Of a stretch of DNA of 24,000 bases, positions 1 through 9,181 are shown piece after piece. The position numbers were made by a program, and so were the translations under genes. The stretch spans positions 33,606 through 57,605 of the forward strand of contig DBTT01000042.1 in assembly GCA_002307185.1 (NCBI GenBank), in the 5' to 3' direction. The number at the start of each line of letters is the position of its first letter. Position 1 is the first letter of the stretch. This DNA comes from Bacteroidales bacterium UBA1309. Lineage in GTDB: Bacteria > Bacteroidota > Bacteroidia > Bacteroidales > Dysgonomonadaceae. The notes beneath the pieces are model-generated. The model saw only the letters and a program-made list of their open reading frames with translations, ran no database searches and was not told where the DNA came from.

Positions 1-1564
1 CGGGTTTCACATAGCCTTCCACAGTCTCAATCAAAGACAATCCATCTGTCACCAAATCTTTGTATTGTGCAGCTTGCGGCCCACCTTCTTGCGTGAAGTA
101 GTCGAGAGCAAATTTTCTCAAAGGGCGGAAATCTCCATATAGATAGCAACTTTTGCCTTTCACCTTGTCGGCATAGGTGTTCTTCGGGTTTGTGTTTCCG
201 AGGTTGGCAACAGTGGCCGCTTCGGTTGTGAAATAGAAGGTATTGTTTTTTACGCCAAAGAATCCTTCAAGATCATCTTTTTTGACAGAGTATTGTGCTT
301 TGCCTGTTTTCTTGATTATATCAGCCGATTGTTTTGCCAAAAGTGAATCAATGAATGTCCCAATTTTATTGTTTGGAGCCAATTCAGCTAAAAGTGAAAG
401 CTTGAATTTGGGCTTTGCGGTGTTGTCTTGCAAAGTGAGCATTGCATCCATTTCGCTTAAATTTTTATCTTTAGGAATCAGAGTCAATTCGTTGAGCGAG
501 AAAACAACATTTCCGTTTACAGATTCAATTAGCGATTTAAGGTCAATACCGTTTTCTTTAGTCAGGGTTGCTATCGTCTTGGAAAGGCCTAATTGAGTCA
601 AAAGATTATAATAGCCAGTCCCTTTTAGATTGGCGACAAACGAAAGAATGGGAGCTTGGGAAATGCATTGCAAATATTTTTCGGAAATTTCTCCTGTGGT
701 TTGTTCCGCCATTTTTTTTGCTTTCGTTTCCACTTCTGGAGTTTCAAAGTAGTATTGCGTGTGGGTTTTGATTTTCCCGTTTTCGAAAGAAATAAATGAG
801 CCGAAAGATATTCCCTTGAACTCCTCAGCGATTTTTTTGAACGCTTCAGCTACTTCTTGTGAAGTTTTATCGACACCTATAGTGTAAGGCGATTTATTCA
901 AATTTTCGAATTTGGAGGATAGATCCGCATAAAGACTGGAGGAATAATAGACGGAAATATCTTGCTGTTCTTTTGAGAATTTTTCAAAATTCTTGTCCGA
1001 AAGAATACTCTCTTTTTGATTTAACGTCAATAATTTGATGGCGGACAATTGTGTGGTGTCTTGCCCTAAGCTTGTTTGCTGAACTAGTACTAACAGTTTC
1101 TCATCGTTCCATACCACATTGAATGTGGCGGTTTGCGGGAAAGAATACACTCCTTTCTCTAATTTTATAGACGATGCATCCACATTGAATTTTGTAAGCG
1201 ATTCTCTTATCTTTTTAGCATCGTTCACCGGCAACAAAAGGCCAAAATAAGAACCCTTGGTGAAGAAATAGGCATCCTTGTTTAACGTAACACCGAATGC
1301 GCTCGAGTTTTTCTCAAAATCTTCGATTAGTTTCACTGCCGACTCGCTTTTCAACATCGCTTTTGCCATATTGATTCCACGTTTGACAGTTGCATTTTCG
1401 AAGATATTGTAATTCGATTTTTTTATGAGCGATTCCATGTTGATGTGGGTCACGGATTCCGCTCCCGCTGGAATTGATTCTGCTAAATTATCGGAAGACT
1501 TCCTGCAAGAAACCAATGTGCCAACGGCAAGAATTGCAAGAATTGCAAATTTAAAAAATTTCAT
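1..1564 (-). CDS. Putative lipoprotein, DUF4836-like (N-terminus in window, C-terminus runs off the left edge)
   Basis: Absent from the ORF track because no stop codon lies in the window. My reverse-strand translation from the ATG at 1564 gives MKFFKFAILAILAVGTLVSCRKSSDNLAESIPAGAESVTHINMESL... and I read it as open to base 2 (521 codons). This was a hand translation; only the two ends were re-checked. It has a signal peptide with a lipobox-like LVSC. Opposite-strand ORFs here are short and incoherent. The DUF4836 assignment is from memory and unverified. Confidence 0.7.
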   Translation of the reverse strand, partial: MKFFKFAILAILAVGTLVSCRKSSDNLAESIPAGAESVTHINMESLIKKSNYNIFENATVKRGINMAKAMLKSESAVKLIEDFEKNSSAFGVTLNKDAYFFTKGSYFGLLLPVNDAKKIRESLTKFNVDASSIKLEKGVYSFPQTATFNVVWNDEKLLVLVQQTSLGQDTTQLSAIKLLTLNQKESILSDKNFEKFSKEQQDISVYYSSSLYADLSSKFENLNKSPYTIGVDKTSQEVAEAFKKIAEEFKGISFGSFISFENGKIKTHTQYYFETPEVETKAKKMAEQTTGEISEKYLQCISQAPILSFVANLKGTGYYNLLTQLGLSKTIATLTKENGIDLKSLIESVNGNVVFSLNELTLIPKDKNLSEMDAMLTLQDNTAKPKFKLSLLAELAPNNKIGTFIDSLLAKQSADIIKKTGKAQYSVKKDDLEGFFGVKNNTFYFTTEAATVANLGNTNPKNTYADKVKGKSCYLYGDFRPLRKFALDYFTQEGGPQAAQYKDLVTDGLSLIETVEGYVKP

Positions 1565-1609
1565 AGTAACAGCTTTTGTGGATCGTTATTAAGTTAATAT
1601 GTTGAGAAG

Positions 1610-1617
1610 CAAAAGTA
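1610..1617 (-). promoter_or_regulatory. Candidate Bacteroidota -7 promoter box (TACTTTTG) for the DUF4836-like gene
   Basis: The reverse strand reads TACTTTTG, matching the Bacteroidetes sigma-A -7 consensus TAnnTTTG. It lies 46 bp upstream of the ATG at 1564. No clear -33 TTTG partner was seen. Confidence 0.3.
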
Positions 1618-1673
1618 ATGAAAAGTTTGACTGTTTACCCATTTTTTTTAATTTTTATTCTTGAGGGGATATA

Positions 1674-1708
1674 AGAAAAAAGGATGGTAATTATCGTTTT
1701 ACCATCCT
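1674..1708 (-). terminator. Rho-independent terminator downstream of the ompH-ompH end of the envelope cluster
   Basis: A perfect 10-bp inverted repeat, AGGATGGTAA (1681-1690) / TTACCATCCT (1699-1708), with an 8-nt loop. On the minus-strand transcript it is followed by a U-run (plus-strand A-run 1674-1680). It lies 25 bp past the ompH stop at 1733. Confidence 0.75.
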
Positions 1709-1732
1709 CTTTTCTTATCTATTTTATCCCGC

Positions 1733-2263
1733 TTATTTTATTCCTAATTTGGTTTTTACGAGTGGGGTTACGTCCACAGCCTTTGTTCCTACGTATGGCA
1801 GGGCAGAAGCTTCAAGAATAAAAGAATAACCTTGCTCGTCTCCAACCGTTTTGATAGCTTGTTGCAATTTTTGTTGAACAGGGGCCAACAGCGTTTGGCG
1901 CAATTGCTGAAATTCAGCGTCGCTTGTTTGGCTATAAGATTGATATCTTTCTTGCAATTGTTCCAATTGTTTTTGGCGATCTGCTGTAACTGCTGGTGTC
2001 GGGTCAATGGTTGAAGCTTTGAATTCTTCCACCTTTTTGTTGTATTCGGCTTCAATGGCAGTTAAGTCTTTCTTAATCTGTTCTTGTTTTGTAGCCAATT
2101 TAGCATCAGCATCTTTTACTTCTGGCATCAATGCAAATACCTGACTGGTGTTGATGTAAGCTAGTTTCAATTCTTGCGCAAATGCACCGATTGGGGCAAT
2201 TGCAAATAATAGAATAACTAATTTTTTAAGCATAATAATATTTGTTTTGTTTTTAAATTTCAT
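1733..2263 (-). CDS. ompH: OmpH/Skp-family periplasmic chaperone (second tandem copy)
   Basis: The product has a signal peptide (..MLKKLVILLFAIAPIGAFAQE) followed by a long Q/E/K-rich coiled-coil-like body typical of Skp/OmpH. It sits directly downstream of bamA and a first ompH. I chose the ATG at 2263. The ATG at 2233 (MLKKLV...) is an equally plausible start, and the track start at 2278 is a TTG. Confidence 0.85.
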   Translation of the reverse strand: MKFKNKTNIIMLKKLVILLFAIAPIGAFAQELKLAYINTSQVFALMPEVKDADAKLATKQEQIKKDLTAIEAEYNKKVEEFKASTIDPTPAVTADRQKQLEQLQERYQSYSQTSDAEFQQLRQTLLAPVQQKLQQAIKTVGDEQGYSFILEASALPYVGTKAVDVTPLVKTKLGIK

Positions 2264-2289
2264 ATTTGAGCGCAGCAAAATTAATTTAA

Positions 2290-2805
2290 TTATTTGGAAT
2301 ATCCTAACTTAGTTAAAACTTCATTGCTGATGTCGATTGTTGGCGATGCAAAGATGACGCTTGATGCCGAAGCCCTATCCACGACCACCTGATATCCTCG
2401 TGCGGTAGCTATTTCTTTTACTGCCACGTAGATTTCATCTTGGATAGGTTTGATCAAGGCTTCGCGCTTCTTGAAAAGTTCGCCATCTGAACCAAAGTAT
2501 TTCTTCTTTAAATCCTGCAAAGCTTTTTCTTTGGTTACAATTTCATTTTCACGCTTGGTTTTTTGTTCTGCCGACAAAAATACCGATTCGGACTGGTAAG
2601 ACTTATACAATCTTTGCAGCTCTTGCTGGTACTTGTCAACTTCTGCTTGCCATTTCTTGGAAGTTAGCTCCAGTTGTTGGTTGGCCGTTTCATACGTACT
2701 TATATTTTTAAGGATATAGTCCATATCAATAAAAGCGAATCTCTGTGCATAACTACTGGCAGATAATGCGAGAAATAGTCCGAATAAAAAGATACTTTTT
2801 TTCAT
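2290..2805 (-). CDS. ompH: OmpH/Skp-family periplasmic chaperone (first tandem copy)
   Basis: 171 aa. The signal peptide is MKKSIFLFGLFLALSASSYAQ, followed by a helical K/E/Q-rich body (..SKKWQAEVDKYQQELQRLYKSYQSE..). It occupies the conserved position downstream of bamA. Confidence 0.88.
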   Translation of the reverse strand: MKKSIFLFGLFLALSASSYAQRFAFIDMDYILKNISTYETANQQLELTSKKWQAEVDKYQQELQRLYKSYQSESVFLSAEQKTKRENEIVTKEKALQDLKKKYFGSDGELFKKREALIKPIQDEIYVAVKEIATARGYQVVVDRASASSVIFASPTIDISNEVLTKLGYSK

Positions 2806-2910
2806 AATTCACTTCAATTTAAAGTTTATGAATCTTAGATGGGGGTAATATCTTAATGTTTAATTTCAATCTGATTAAATATTGTTAAGGCTTCAGCTTA
2901 CCTATATCGA

Positions 2911-5541
2911 TTAAAACTCTTGACCTATTATAAAGTTGAATTTACCACCTGCCGTTTGCATGGTCCCGTTGGAGGAAACTTTGTCAAAGCCATAGCCCCA
3001 GTCGATACCCATCAACCCGATCATTGGCAACATGATGCGTACGCCAAATCCAGCCGAACGTTTCAGGCTAAATGGATTCGTGTCTTTCACGGAACTCCAT
3101 GCATTACCGGCGTCGATAAACGACAATAGATAAATCGTAGATGTTGGTTCGAGCATTACCGGATACCTTAGTTCAAGCCCCAATCGGGTGTAGGCACTAG
3201 CATTGGTGGCAATGGATCCGTTTTCGTATCCTCGAAGTCCTACTGTTTCAGTGGCATATGTACTCGAATATCCAGTCATACCGTCACCTCCCACGTAGAA
3301 CGTTCCAAAAGGAGACTTTTTGTGTTCATTGTAGTATCCCAGCACTCCAAATTCGGCACGTGTCATCAACACGGGAGTTTTTTGTATGGAAGGGATCAAG
3401 GGGTGGAAAGTCTTGGATTTGAATTTCCATTTGTGATATTCTATCCATTCGTATTTCTTCGCTTTTTGATATCCGTCATCATCTGTTGTCATCGAAGCGT
3501 AGTCACGGCCGTCAAACCAAGAATACGGAGGAGTGAAGTCCAAGCTCAAAGAAAATTGAGATCCTTTACGTGTGTAAATTGGTTGGTCCATCGAGTTCCG
3601 GCTCAAGGTGAAATTCAAGCTCAAGCTGTTGCAGTTGCCATTGCGGACAATGAAATAGTCCCAATCTTTCATCGAATAGAGCTGATAGGATAATTCTCCT
3701 TGCAGTTGGAAATAGTCGTCCGGCCAATTCAAGCGCTTGCCATAAGCAATACTTCCCCCAAACATAAGGATATGTTTGCTTGTGTTATACAAGCTGGAAC
3801 TAGTGGTGCTATAGTTGTCGTAATAATTACTATATGTTGAAGTCGTGCTGTAATTATTATATTTATTGTAATAGCTTGACATGTCCGTCTGGTAGGAAAG
3901 ATATGTTCCAACGGACAACATATTCGGACGTTTCCCTCCGAACCATGGATCCATAAAGGAAATCGAATAAGATTGGTAATATCGGCCGTTGGTTTGCCCG
4001 CTCAGGGTTAATGTTTGTCCGTCTCCTTGTGGAATGATGCCTTTGTAGGAACTTGGGTTAAATAAATTTTTGATTGAGAAATTCGTAAATTTCAAGCTTA
4101 CACGTCCGATGATACCTGTTTGTCCCCATCCTGCGGAAAGCTCCACTTGGTCATTTGCTTTCGACACAAGAGGATAGCCAATATCCACAGTTCCAGATTC
4201 CTGATCAGGGCTTACATCTGGTTTCAAGTTTTCTGGATCGAAATGCCCCATTTGTGCCACTTCACGAAGTGAACGCATCAACTCTTCACGGCTAAACAAA
4301 GCTCCTGGTTTGGTTCTCAACTCCCGACGGATCACATCTTCGTACACTCGGTCATTACCCGAAATGGTAACCCTGTTGATTGTGGCTTGAACACCTTCTG
4401 TAACACGTATTTCCAAGTCCACAGAGTCATTTTCTATATTTGTTTCCACAGGTTCGGCAGAAGAGAATATATATCCTTGGTTGTAGTAGAATATGTTTCT
4501 AACAGCGTCTTCATCGTCCGACAGGCGTTTGCTCAGTTTTGTCTGGTTGTACACATCTCCAGCTTTCATGTCGAGGGCAGTCTGCAGGTCCTCAGAACTA
4601 AATTTAGTGTTTCCAACCCAAGTAATGCTACGGATGACGTATTGTTTGCCTTCCTCTACCTTTATTTCAATATTGACTTTCTTGTCGCTGACATTATAAA
4701 CTGTATCCCAGGCAATAACTGCATCGCGGTACCCTTTCTCATTGTATTTTGCCATCAGGTTCTTTTTGTCTTCGATGTAATTGTCTGGTATAAAGTTCGT
4801 AGAACGCAGGAAGTTGCGGATTTTGGCTCTCCACGTGTGTTTGTGGCGTGTTTTTTTCATCGCTTGTTCCAAAGTTAGGGATGAAAGCTCTTTATTTCCG
4901 GTGATGATGATGTTGTTGACCTTTATTTTTTCCTTTTTATCAACTTTTATACTAAGATAAACTTCGTTCGGCTTTTCAGGATCACGTGTTTGCGTGATGT
5001 CCACAGTGGCCTTGTTGAATCCCTTGGAATTAAAATAGGATTTGATAATTGTATTGGCACGGTCGATCATATTCAGGGTAACTTGGGTTCCCTTCACCAT
5101 CGATATTTTTTTCTCAATATCTTCCCGCTCGCTTTTCTTCATCCCTTCATAATGTATGTCCGTAATTCTGGGATTGTCTTTCAGTCGAATTTCGAGCCAT
5201 ATCTTGTTGTTTTCAACCTTCACCGGAAAAATCGCAACATCAGCAAATAGCCCTTGCTTGATGAATTGCTTTACGGCGGTTGTAATTTCTTTTCCCGGAA
5301 CTTCTATTGTGTCGCCAATGGCTAAACGCGAGAAATTGATAATAACATAGTCTTCATAAGTTTTGTTAGTCAAGCCTGTTACCTTGATGTCAGCGATTAC
5401 ATACTTCTTCGGTGACGCATAAGAGAAGACTGGAAGTTCTTGCGAGGAAGATGTTTGGGTGGAATCTGTCTTCAATGATTGAGCATTAGCACTCAATGCC
5501 AGACACAATGTGAGTAGGATGAAAATACCTTTTTTAGCCAT
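2911..5541 (-). CDS. bamA: Outer membrane protein assembly factor BamA (Omp85 family)
   Basis: 876 aa with signal peptide MAKKGIFILLTLCLALSANAQ. The N-terminal half has repeated POTRA-like modules (..YVIADIKVTGL.., ..KVNNIIITGNKE.., ..IRSITWVGNTKFS.., ..INRVTISGNDRV..). The C-terminal half is a beta-barrel with alternating aromatic strands, ending ..GGKFNFIIGQEF (terminal Phe). It shows uppS-bamA-ompH synteny. Confidence 0.95.
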   Translation of the reverse strand: MAKKGIFILLTLCLALSANAQSLKTDSTQTSSSQELPVFSYASPKKYVIADIKVTGLTNKTYEDYVIINFSRLAIGDTIEVPGKEITTAVKQFIKQGLFADVAIFPVKVENNKIWLEIRLKDNPRITDIHYEGMKKSEREDIEKKISMVKGTQVTLNMIDRANTIIKSYFNSKGFNKATVDITQTRDPEKPNEVYLSIKVDKKEKIKVNNIIITGNKELSSLTLEQAMKKTRHKHTWRAKIRNFLRSTNFIPDNYIEDKKNLMAKYNEKGYRDAVIAWDTVYNVSDKKVNIEIKVEEGKQYVIRSITWVGNTKFSSEDLQTALDMKAGDVYNQTKLSKRLSDDEDAVRNIFYYNQGYIFSSAEPVETNIENDSVDLEIRVTEGVQATINRVTISGNDRVYEDVIRRELRTKPGALFSREELMRSLREVAQMGHFDPENLKPDVSPDQESGTVDIGYPLVSKANDQVELSAGWGQTGIIGRVSLKFTNFSIKNLFNPSSYKGIIPQGDGQTLTLSGQTNGRYYQSYSISFMDPWFGGKRPNMLSVGTYLSYQTDMSSYYNKYNNYSTTSTYSNYYDNYSTTSSSLYNTSKHILMFGGSIAYGKRLNWPDDYFQLQGELSYQLYSMKDWDYFIVRNGNCNSLSLNFTLSRNSMDQPIYTRKGSQFSLSLDFTPPYSWFDGRDYASMTTDDDGYQKAKKYEWIEYHKWKFKSKTFHPLIPSIQKTPVLMTRAEFGVLGYYNEHKKSPFGTFYVGGDGMTGYSSTYATETVGLRGYENGSIATNASAYTRLGLELRYPVMLEPTSTIYLLSFIDAGNAWSSVKDTNPFSLKRSAGFGVRIMLPMIGLMGIDWGYGFDKVSSNGTMQTAGGKFNFIIGQEF

Positions 5542-5604
5542 GTTGGTTTTTATAATTTAGCAAATTCGTCAAGAACCGCTATTTATCTCTGGTTTTTATT
5601 CTAA

Positions 5605-6360
5605 TTATTGGTGATTATTATCTCCGATTTGTTCACTGATCTTACCGAATCTACGTTCACGACACTGATAATCAAGTATAGCCTTGTAGAATTCTTCTTC
5701 TCTGAATTCGGGCCAGAAAACATCCGTGAAATAGAGTTCCGAATAAGCCAACTGCCATAAAAGGAAATTGCTGATTCGGTATTCACCCCCGGTTCGGATC
5801 AGCAAGTCTGGATCGGGAATATGTTTTGTGGATAAATAATCAGAAATTGTTGATTCTCCAATGTTTTTTTTCTCCAATTTATGATTTTCGACATCCGACA
5901 CGATCTCTTTGATAGCCAGACTCATTTCCCATCGTGCCGAATAGCTTACGGCAATAACCATGGTGAGTCCAGTGCAGGAAGCTGTGTCGGCGATACATTT
6001 CTTAAAAGCTTCCCGGGTGTCATCTGGCAAACGGTTAAGATCGCCAATGGATAGCAATCTGACATTATTTTTAATCATGCCGGGCGTTTCCTGAACAATA
6101 GCAAACACCATCAACGACATGAGTGTATCCACTTCTTCTTTTGGACGGTTCCAGTTTTCTGTTGAAAACGTATATAATGTAAGATAACCAATTTTCAGGT
6201 TATCGGCAGCTTCTATTACTTTTCGTACAGAGACAATGCCCTCACGGTGTCCCACCGATCTTTCTTGTTGGTGTGCCTTGGCCCATCTGCCATTTCCATC
6301 CATAATGATAGCGACATGACGAGGAATTCTGCTTTTATCGATTTGTTCTATTAACGACAT
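5605..6360 (-). CDS. uppS: Isoprenyl transferase / undecaprenyl-diphosphate synthase
   Basis: 251 aa with hallmark cis-prenyltransferase motifs: HVAIIMDGNGRWA, TLYTFSTENWNRP, LLIRTGGEYRISNFLLWQLAYSELYF and ERRFG. Confidence 0.95.
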   Translation of the reverse strand: MSLIEQIDKSRIPRHVAIIMDGNGRWAKAHQQERSVGHREGIVSVRKVIEAADNLKIGYLTLYTFSTENWNRPKEEVDTLMSLMVFAIVQETPGMIKNNVRLLSIGDLNRLPDDTREAFKKCIADTASCTGLTMVIAVSYSARWEMSLAIKEIVSDVENHKLEKKNIGESTISDYLSTKHIPDPDLLIRTGGEYRISNFLLWQLAYSELYFTDVFWPEFREEEFYKAILDYQCRERRFGKISEQIGDNNHQ

Positions 6361-6374
6361 GCTTCGATACTAAA

Positions 6375-7073
6375 TTATTTGTGACATGAGCGGTCGATGC
6401 GTATTCCAAAGTCCCACGTCAATGTTACCATTGTCATGGAATACCAATCCTTGTTTTTGAAAGTGCTGCTCTCGATACCATAGGGATTGTTCAGCGAAAA
6501 TCCGTCTTTATTCATAACATCAAATGAATCTCCAAAAAGTTTTCTCATTGAAAATTCAAATCCCAAATTAAGCCTGTTCTTTAATTTGTATTTCATTCCC
6601 ATTCCTAGAGGGATGTTCATACAAACATTCGCATTACTCCCTGTTGCAAGTGTTGCCCCAAGTCCCGTGAAAATATATGGTGTTAAACGCCTTGTTCCCA
6701 AATAATTATATTTATCGCTATAACTGAAAAAATTAAATTCAATTTGTGCTCCCATTTCAACAAATGACCTGCTGAATGAAACTTGAGCTCCGTCTGGAAA
6801 TGCATTGCCGCTGCTTTGTGTGTCGCCAGATACTTTTCCTAAAGCCAAATTTCCTTTCCAAGCCCAGCGAAAGTTGATATTTTTTCTGAAAATACCACCA
6901 ATGGCCATTCCCGGGCTTTTAAATAAGGCTTCTTTATTAGCATCGCCCATATAGGAAGATGTTCCAATAAAACCTCCGGCCTCATATATATGTTCCTGAG
7001 CATTAGCACTTCCTGATAAAAGAAAACTTGCGAAAATAAGTATTAAAGCACTTGTCTGAAATTCTTTTTTCAT
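6375..7073 (-). CDS. Small outer-membrane beta-barrel protein (DUF6089-like)
   Basis: 232 aa with a signal peptide (..LILIFASFLLSGSANAQE). The body is Gly- and aromatic-rich with alternating strand patterns. It lies 14 bp upstream of uppS on the same strand, the usual Bacteroidota partner position. The family name is from memory. Confidence 0.75.
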   Translation of the reverse strand: MKKEFQTSALILIFASFLLSGSANAQEHIYEAGGFIGTSSYMGDANKEALFKSPGMAIGGIFRKNINFRWAWKGNLALGKVSGDTQSSGNAFPDGAQVSFSRSFVEMGAQIEFNFFSYSDKYNYLGTRRLTPYIFTGLGATLATGSNANVCMNIPLGMGMKYKLKNRLNLGFEFSMRKLFGDSFDVMNKDGFSLNNPYGIESSTFKNKDWYSMTMVTLTWDFGIRIDRSCHK

Positions 7074-7237
7074 TATTCCGAATCAAAGTCATTTCTCCTT
7101 AAACGCTTTTTTTTCGCTAAAAGTATCTGATCTCCACTCATATTTGAGTAAGCACCCATTCAAAAACATTTTTTTTAATGAGTTTACAAAAATAGAAAGA
7201 AATTTGGGTGAATTGCATCAGACAATAATAATTAAAA

Positions 7238-8299
7238 TTAATTTGTGGATATTATGTTCTTTAAATGAATGATGGATGAGCTATTATCTTTCTCATTTCC
7301 CTTAATTTCACCGTGGATTACGGGTGCGGATGTGCCTTCGAAAAATTCTTTTTCGGTAATTTCTATGAATGCTTCGTCCCATAAACCCCCATCAATGAAG
7401 CTTTGGAGCAAATGACGTCCTCCCTCCACGAGCAGTGAGTTTATTTTACGAACCCGTAGGTCTCTCACTATTTTGGGTAACAAATCTTCCTCGAAACCAA
7501 TTGGTATGTAGGTTGTTGATCCTGATTGTTGTTCAGAGGCAACGGCTTCGGTATATATTAATGTATTGGCTTGGTTGTTGGTGATATTGCTGTTTGGTGG
7601 GATTCGCCCGGAACGATCGATGACGATGCGGGTCGGATTTTTACCCGCCCAAAGCCGAGTGGTGAGGTAAGGATTGTCATTGATGGCGGTATTGGTCCCC
7701 ACCATGATGGAAGACACTTCGGCTCGAAATTTATGAACTAAAATTTTGTGAAAATCTGTTGAAATTATTGTCGGTTCGGATACTTGTCCAGGAATCCTTT
7801 TTTTATCGATAAAATTGTCTTTAGTCTGTGCCCACTTCAAGTAGATGTAGGGTCGTTTGAGGGTTTGGTAAACAAAGAACTCCTTGTTCAACTCCTTGGC
7901 TTCTTTCTCCAGGATATTCACCACCACCTCTATTCCCGCAGCTTGAAGCAACCTGATCCCTCTTCCCGCCACTTGCGGATTGGGATCGATGACGGCAATA
8001 ATCACACGTTTGATCTTTTCATGAATAATGCGGTTCGCACACGGTGGTGTTTTCCCAAAATGAGAACAAGGTTCCAGAGAAACATACATGTCTGACCCAG
8101 CTATTTGGCCTTTGTCTTTCACACTTTCGAAGGCATTCACTTCGGCGTGAGGGCCGCCGTATTGCCGGTGGTAGCCTTCGCCAATGATTTCACCTTCCCT
8201 TACGATCACGGCTCCCACCATAGGGTTTGGCGACACATGCCCTTTGCCAAGCAAGGAGAGTTGCAGGCATCGGTGCATAAATTTTTCGTCGGTCGTCAT
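7238..8299 (-). CDS. ribD: Bifunctional riboflavin biosynthesis protein RibD (pyrimidine deaminase / uracil reductase)
   Basis: From the ATG at 8299 the product reads MTTDEKFMHRCLQLSLLGKGHVSPNPMVGAVIV... It carries the CMP/dCMP-type zinc deaminase motifs HAE and EPCSHFGKTPPC, plus a C-terminal RibD reductase domain (..LLVEGGRHLLQSF..). The longer track ORF to 8476 would overlap prmC and adds non-homologous sequence. Confidence 0.93.
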   Translation of the reverse strand: MTTDEKFMHRCLQLSLLGKGHVSPNPMVGAVIVREGEIIGEGYHRQYGGPHAEVNAFESVKDKGQIAGSDMYVSLEPCSHFGKTPPCANRIIHEKIKRVIIAVIDPNPQVAGRGIRLLQAAGIEVVVNILEKEAKELNKEFFVYQTLKRPYIYLKWAQTKDNFIDKKRIPGQVSEPTIISTDFHKILVHKFRAEVSSIMVGTNTAINDNPYLTTRLWAGKNPTRIVIDRSGRIPPNSNITNNQANTLIYTEAVASEQQSGSTTYIPIGFEEDLLPKIVRDLRVRKINSLLVEGGRHLLQSFIDGGLWDEAFIEITEKEFFEGTSAPVIHGEIKGNEKDNSSSIIHLKNIISTN

Positions 8300-8335
8300 T
8301 TTTCTTTTATCTTTGTTGATATGTGTTTTTTGTCT

Positions 8336-9181
8336 ATGCAAAATTACCAAGAATATGTTTGTGGCAAACTCCGTGGCATTTATCCGGAGAATGAAATCCA
8401 CTCCCTGTTCCGCATCCTCTTGGAGGAGATTAGCGGGATGCAGGCTGCTTTTTTTCTTTCCGACAAAAGTAAGCAATTAAATGAACAACAGGAAAAACGA
8501 TTGGATGATATTCTGTCACGGCTGCAAAAATCGGAACCCCTCCAATATATCATTGGAGAAACAGAATTCTACGGATTGCAGTTTTCGGTGAGTCCGGATG
8601 TGCTGATTCCTCGTCCGGAGACGGAAGAACTTGTCGATTGGGTGGTTCAGGAATACCGATTCAAACCAGTACACATCTTGGACATTGGCACGGGAAGCGG
8701 TTGCATTGCTGTGGCTTTGGCCAAACTGTTGCCTTTGGCGGCAGTAGAAGCTTGGGATGTGTCTGCGGAAGCACTCGCTATGGCGGAAAAAAATGCCGGG
8801 AGAAACGGTGTGGATGTTGCTTTTCAGCAAGTGGATGTGTTGTCAGTGAATAAAGACAGGGGTTTTCCGTTAGATATTATTGTAAGCAACCCTCCTTATG
8901 TTCTTGATTCGGAAAAGAAAGACATGCACGGGAATGTGCTTGAACACGAACCTCATTTGGCCTTGTTTGTGGAAGACGATGATCCTTTGCTTTTTTATCG
9001 GAAGATTGCGCAATTTGGAAAACAGTCATTGAAGCCTTTCGGCACATTGTTTTATGAAATAAATGCGGCAAAAGGGCAAGAGACGGTGGAATTGTTAACC
9101 GACCTGGGATACCGTGATGTGGAGTTGAGGCGAGATTTGTCGGGCAACGATCGGATGGTGAAGGCTGTATGGAACGGGTAA
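8336..9181 (+). CDS. prmC: Peptide chain release factor N5-glutamine methyltransferase PrmC (HemK)
   Basis: From the ATG at 8336 the product reads MQNYQEYVCGKLRGIYP... It contains LQYIIGETEFYGLQFSV, the SAM motif ILDIGTGSGCIA and the catalytic IVSNPPYV (NPPY). The track ORF start at 8105 runs antisense through ribD and is rejected. Confidence 0.92.
   Translation: MQNYQEYVCGKLRGIYPENEIHSLFRILLEEISGMQAAFFLSDKSKQLNEQQEKRLDDILSRLQKSEPLQYIIGETEFYGLQFSVSPDVLIPRPETEELVDWVVQEYRFKPVHILDIGTGSGCIAVALAKLLPLAAVEAWDVSAEALAMAEKNAGRNGVDVAFQQVDVLSVNKDRGFPLDIIVSNPPYVLDSEKKDMHGNVLEHEPHLALFVEDDDPLLFYRKIAQFGKQSLKPFGTLFYEINAAKGQETVELLTDLGYRDVELRRDLSGNDRMVKAVWNG

Noticed and set aside
243-771. Two plus-strand ORFs (117 aa and 67 aa)
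   Set aside because: They are antisense to the continuous DUF4836-like reading frame. Their sequences are Phe/Ser/Leu-rich, typical of AT-rich shadow frames.
4387-4878. 163-aa plus-strand ORF, plus other 60-125-aa ORFs inside bamA
   Set aside because: All lie antisense or out of frame within bamA, and none has a recognisable motif.
8105-8335. N-terminal extension of the prmC ORF (track start at 8105)
   Set aside because: The extension runs antisense through the ribD deaminase domain and encodes non-homologous sequence. A PrmC-like N-terminus begins at the ATG at 8336.
7074-8335. FMN riboswitch in front of ribD
   Set aside because: Only 36 bp of non-coding sequence precede ribD, and nothing resembling the conserved FMN-element helices is visible there or downstream at 7074-7237.
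8300-8476. N-terminal extension of the ribD ORF (track start at 8476)
   Set aside because: The extension overlaps prmC antisense. A RibD-like sequence starts at MTTDEKFMHRCL (ATG at 8299).
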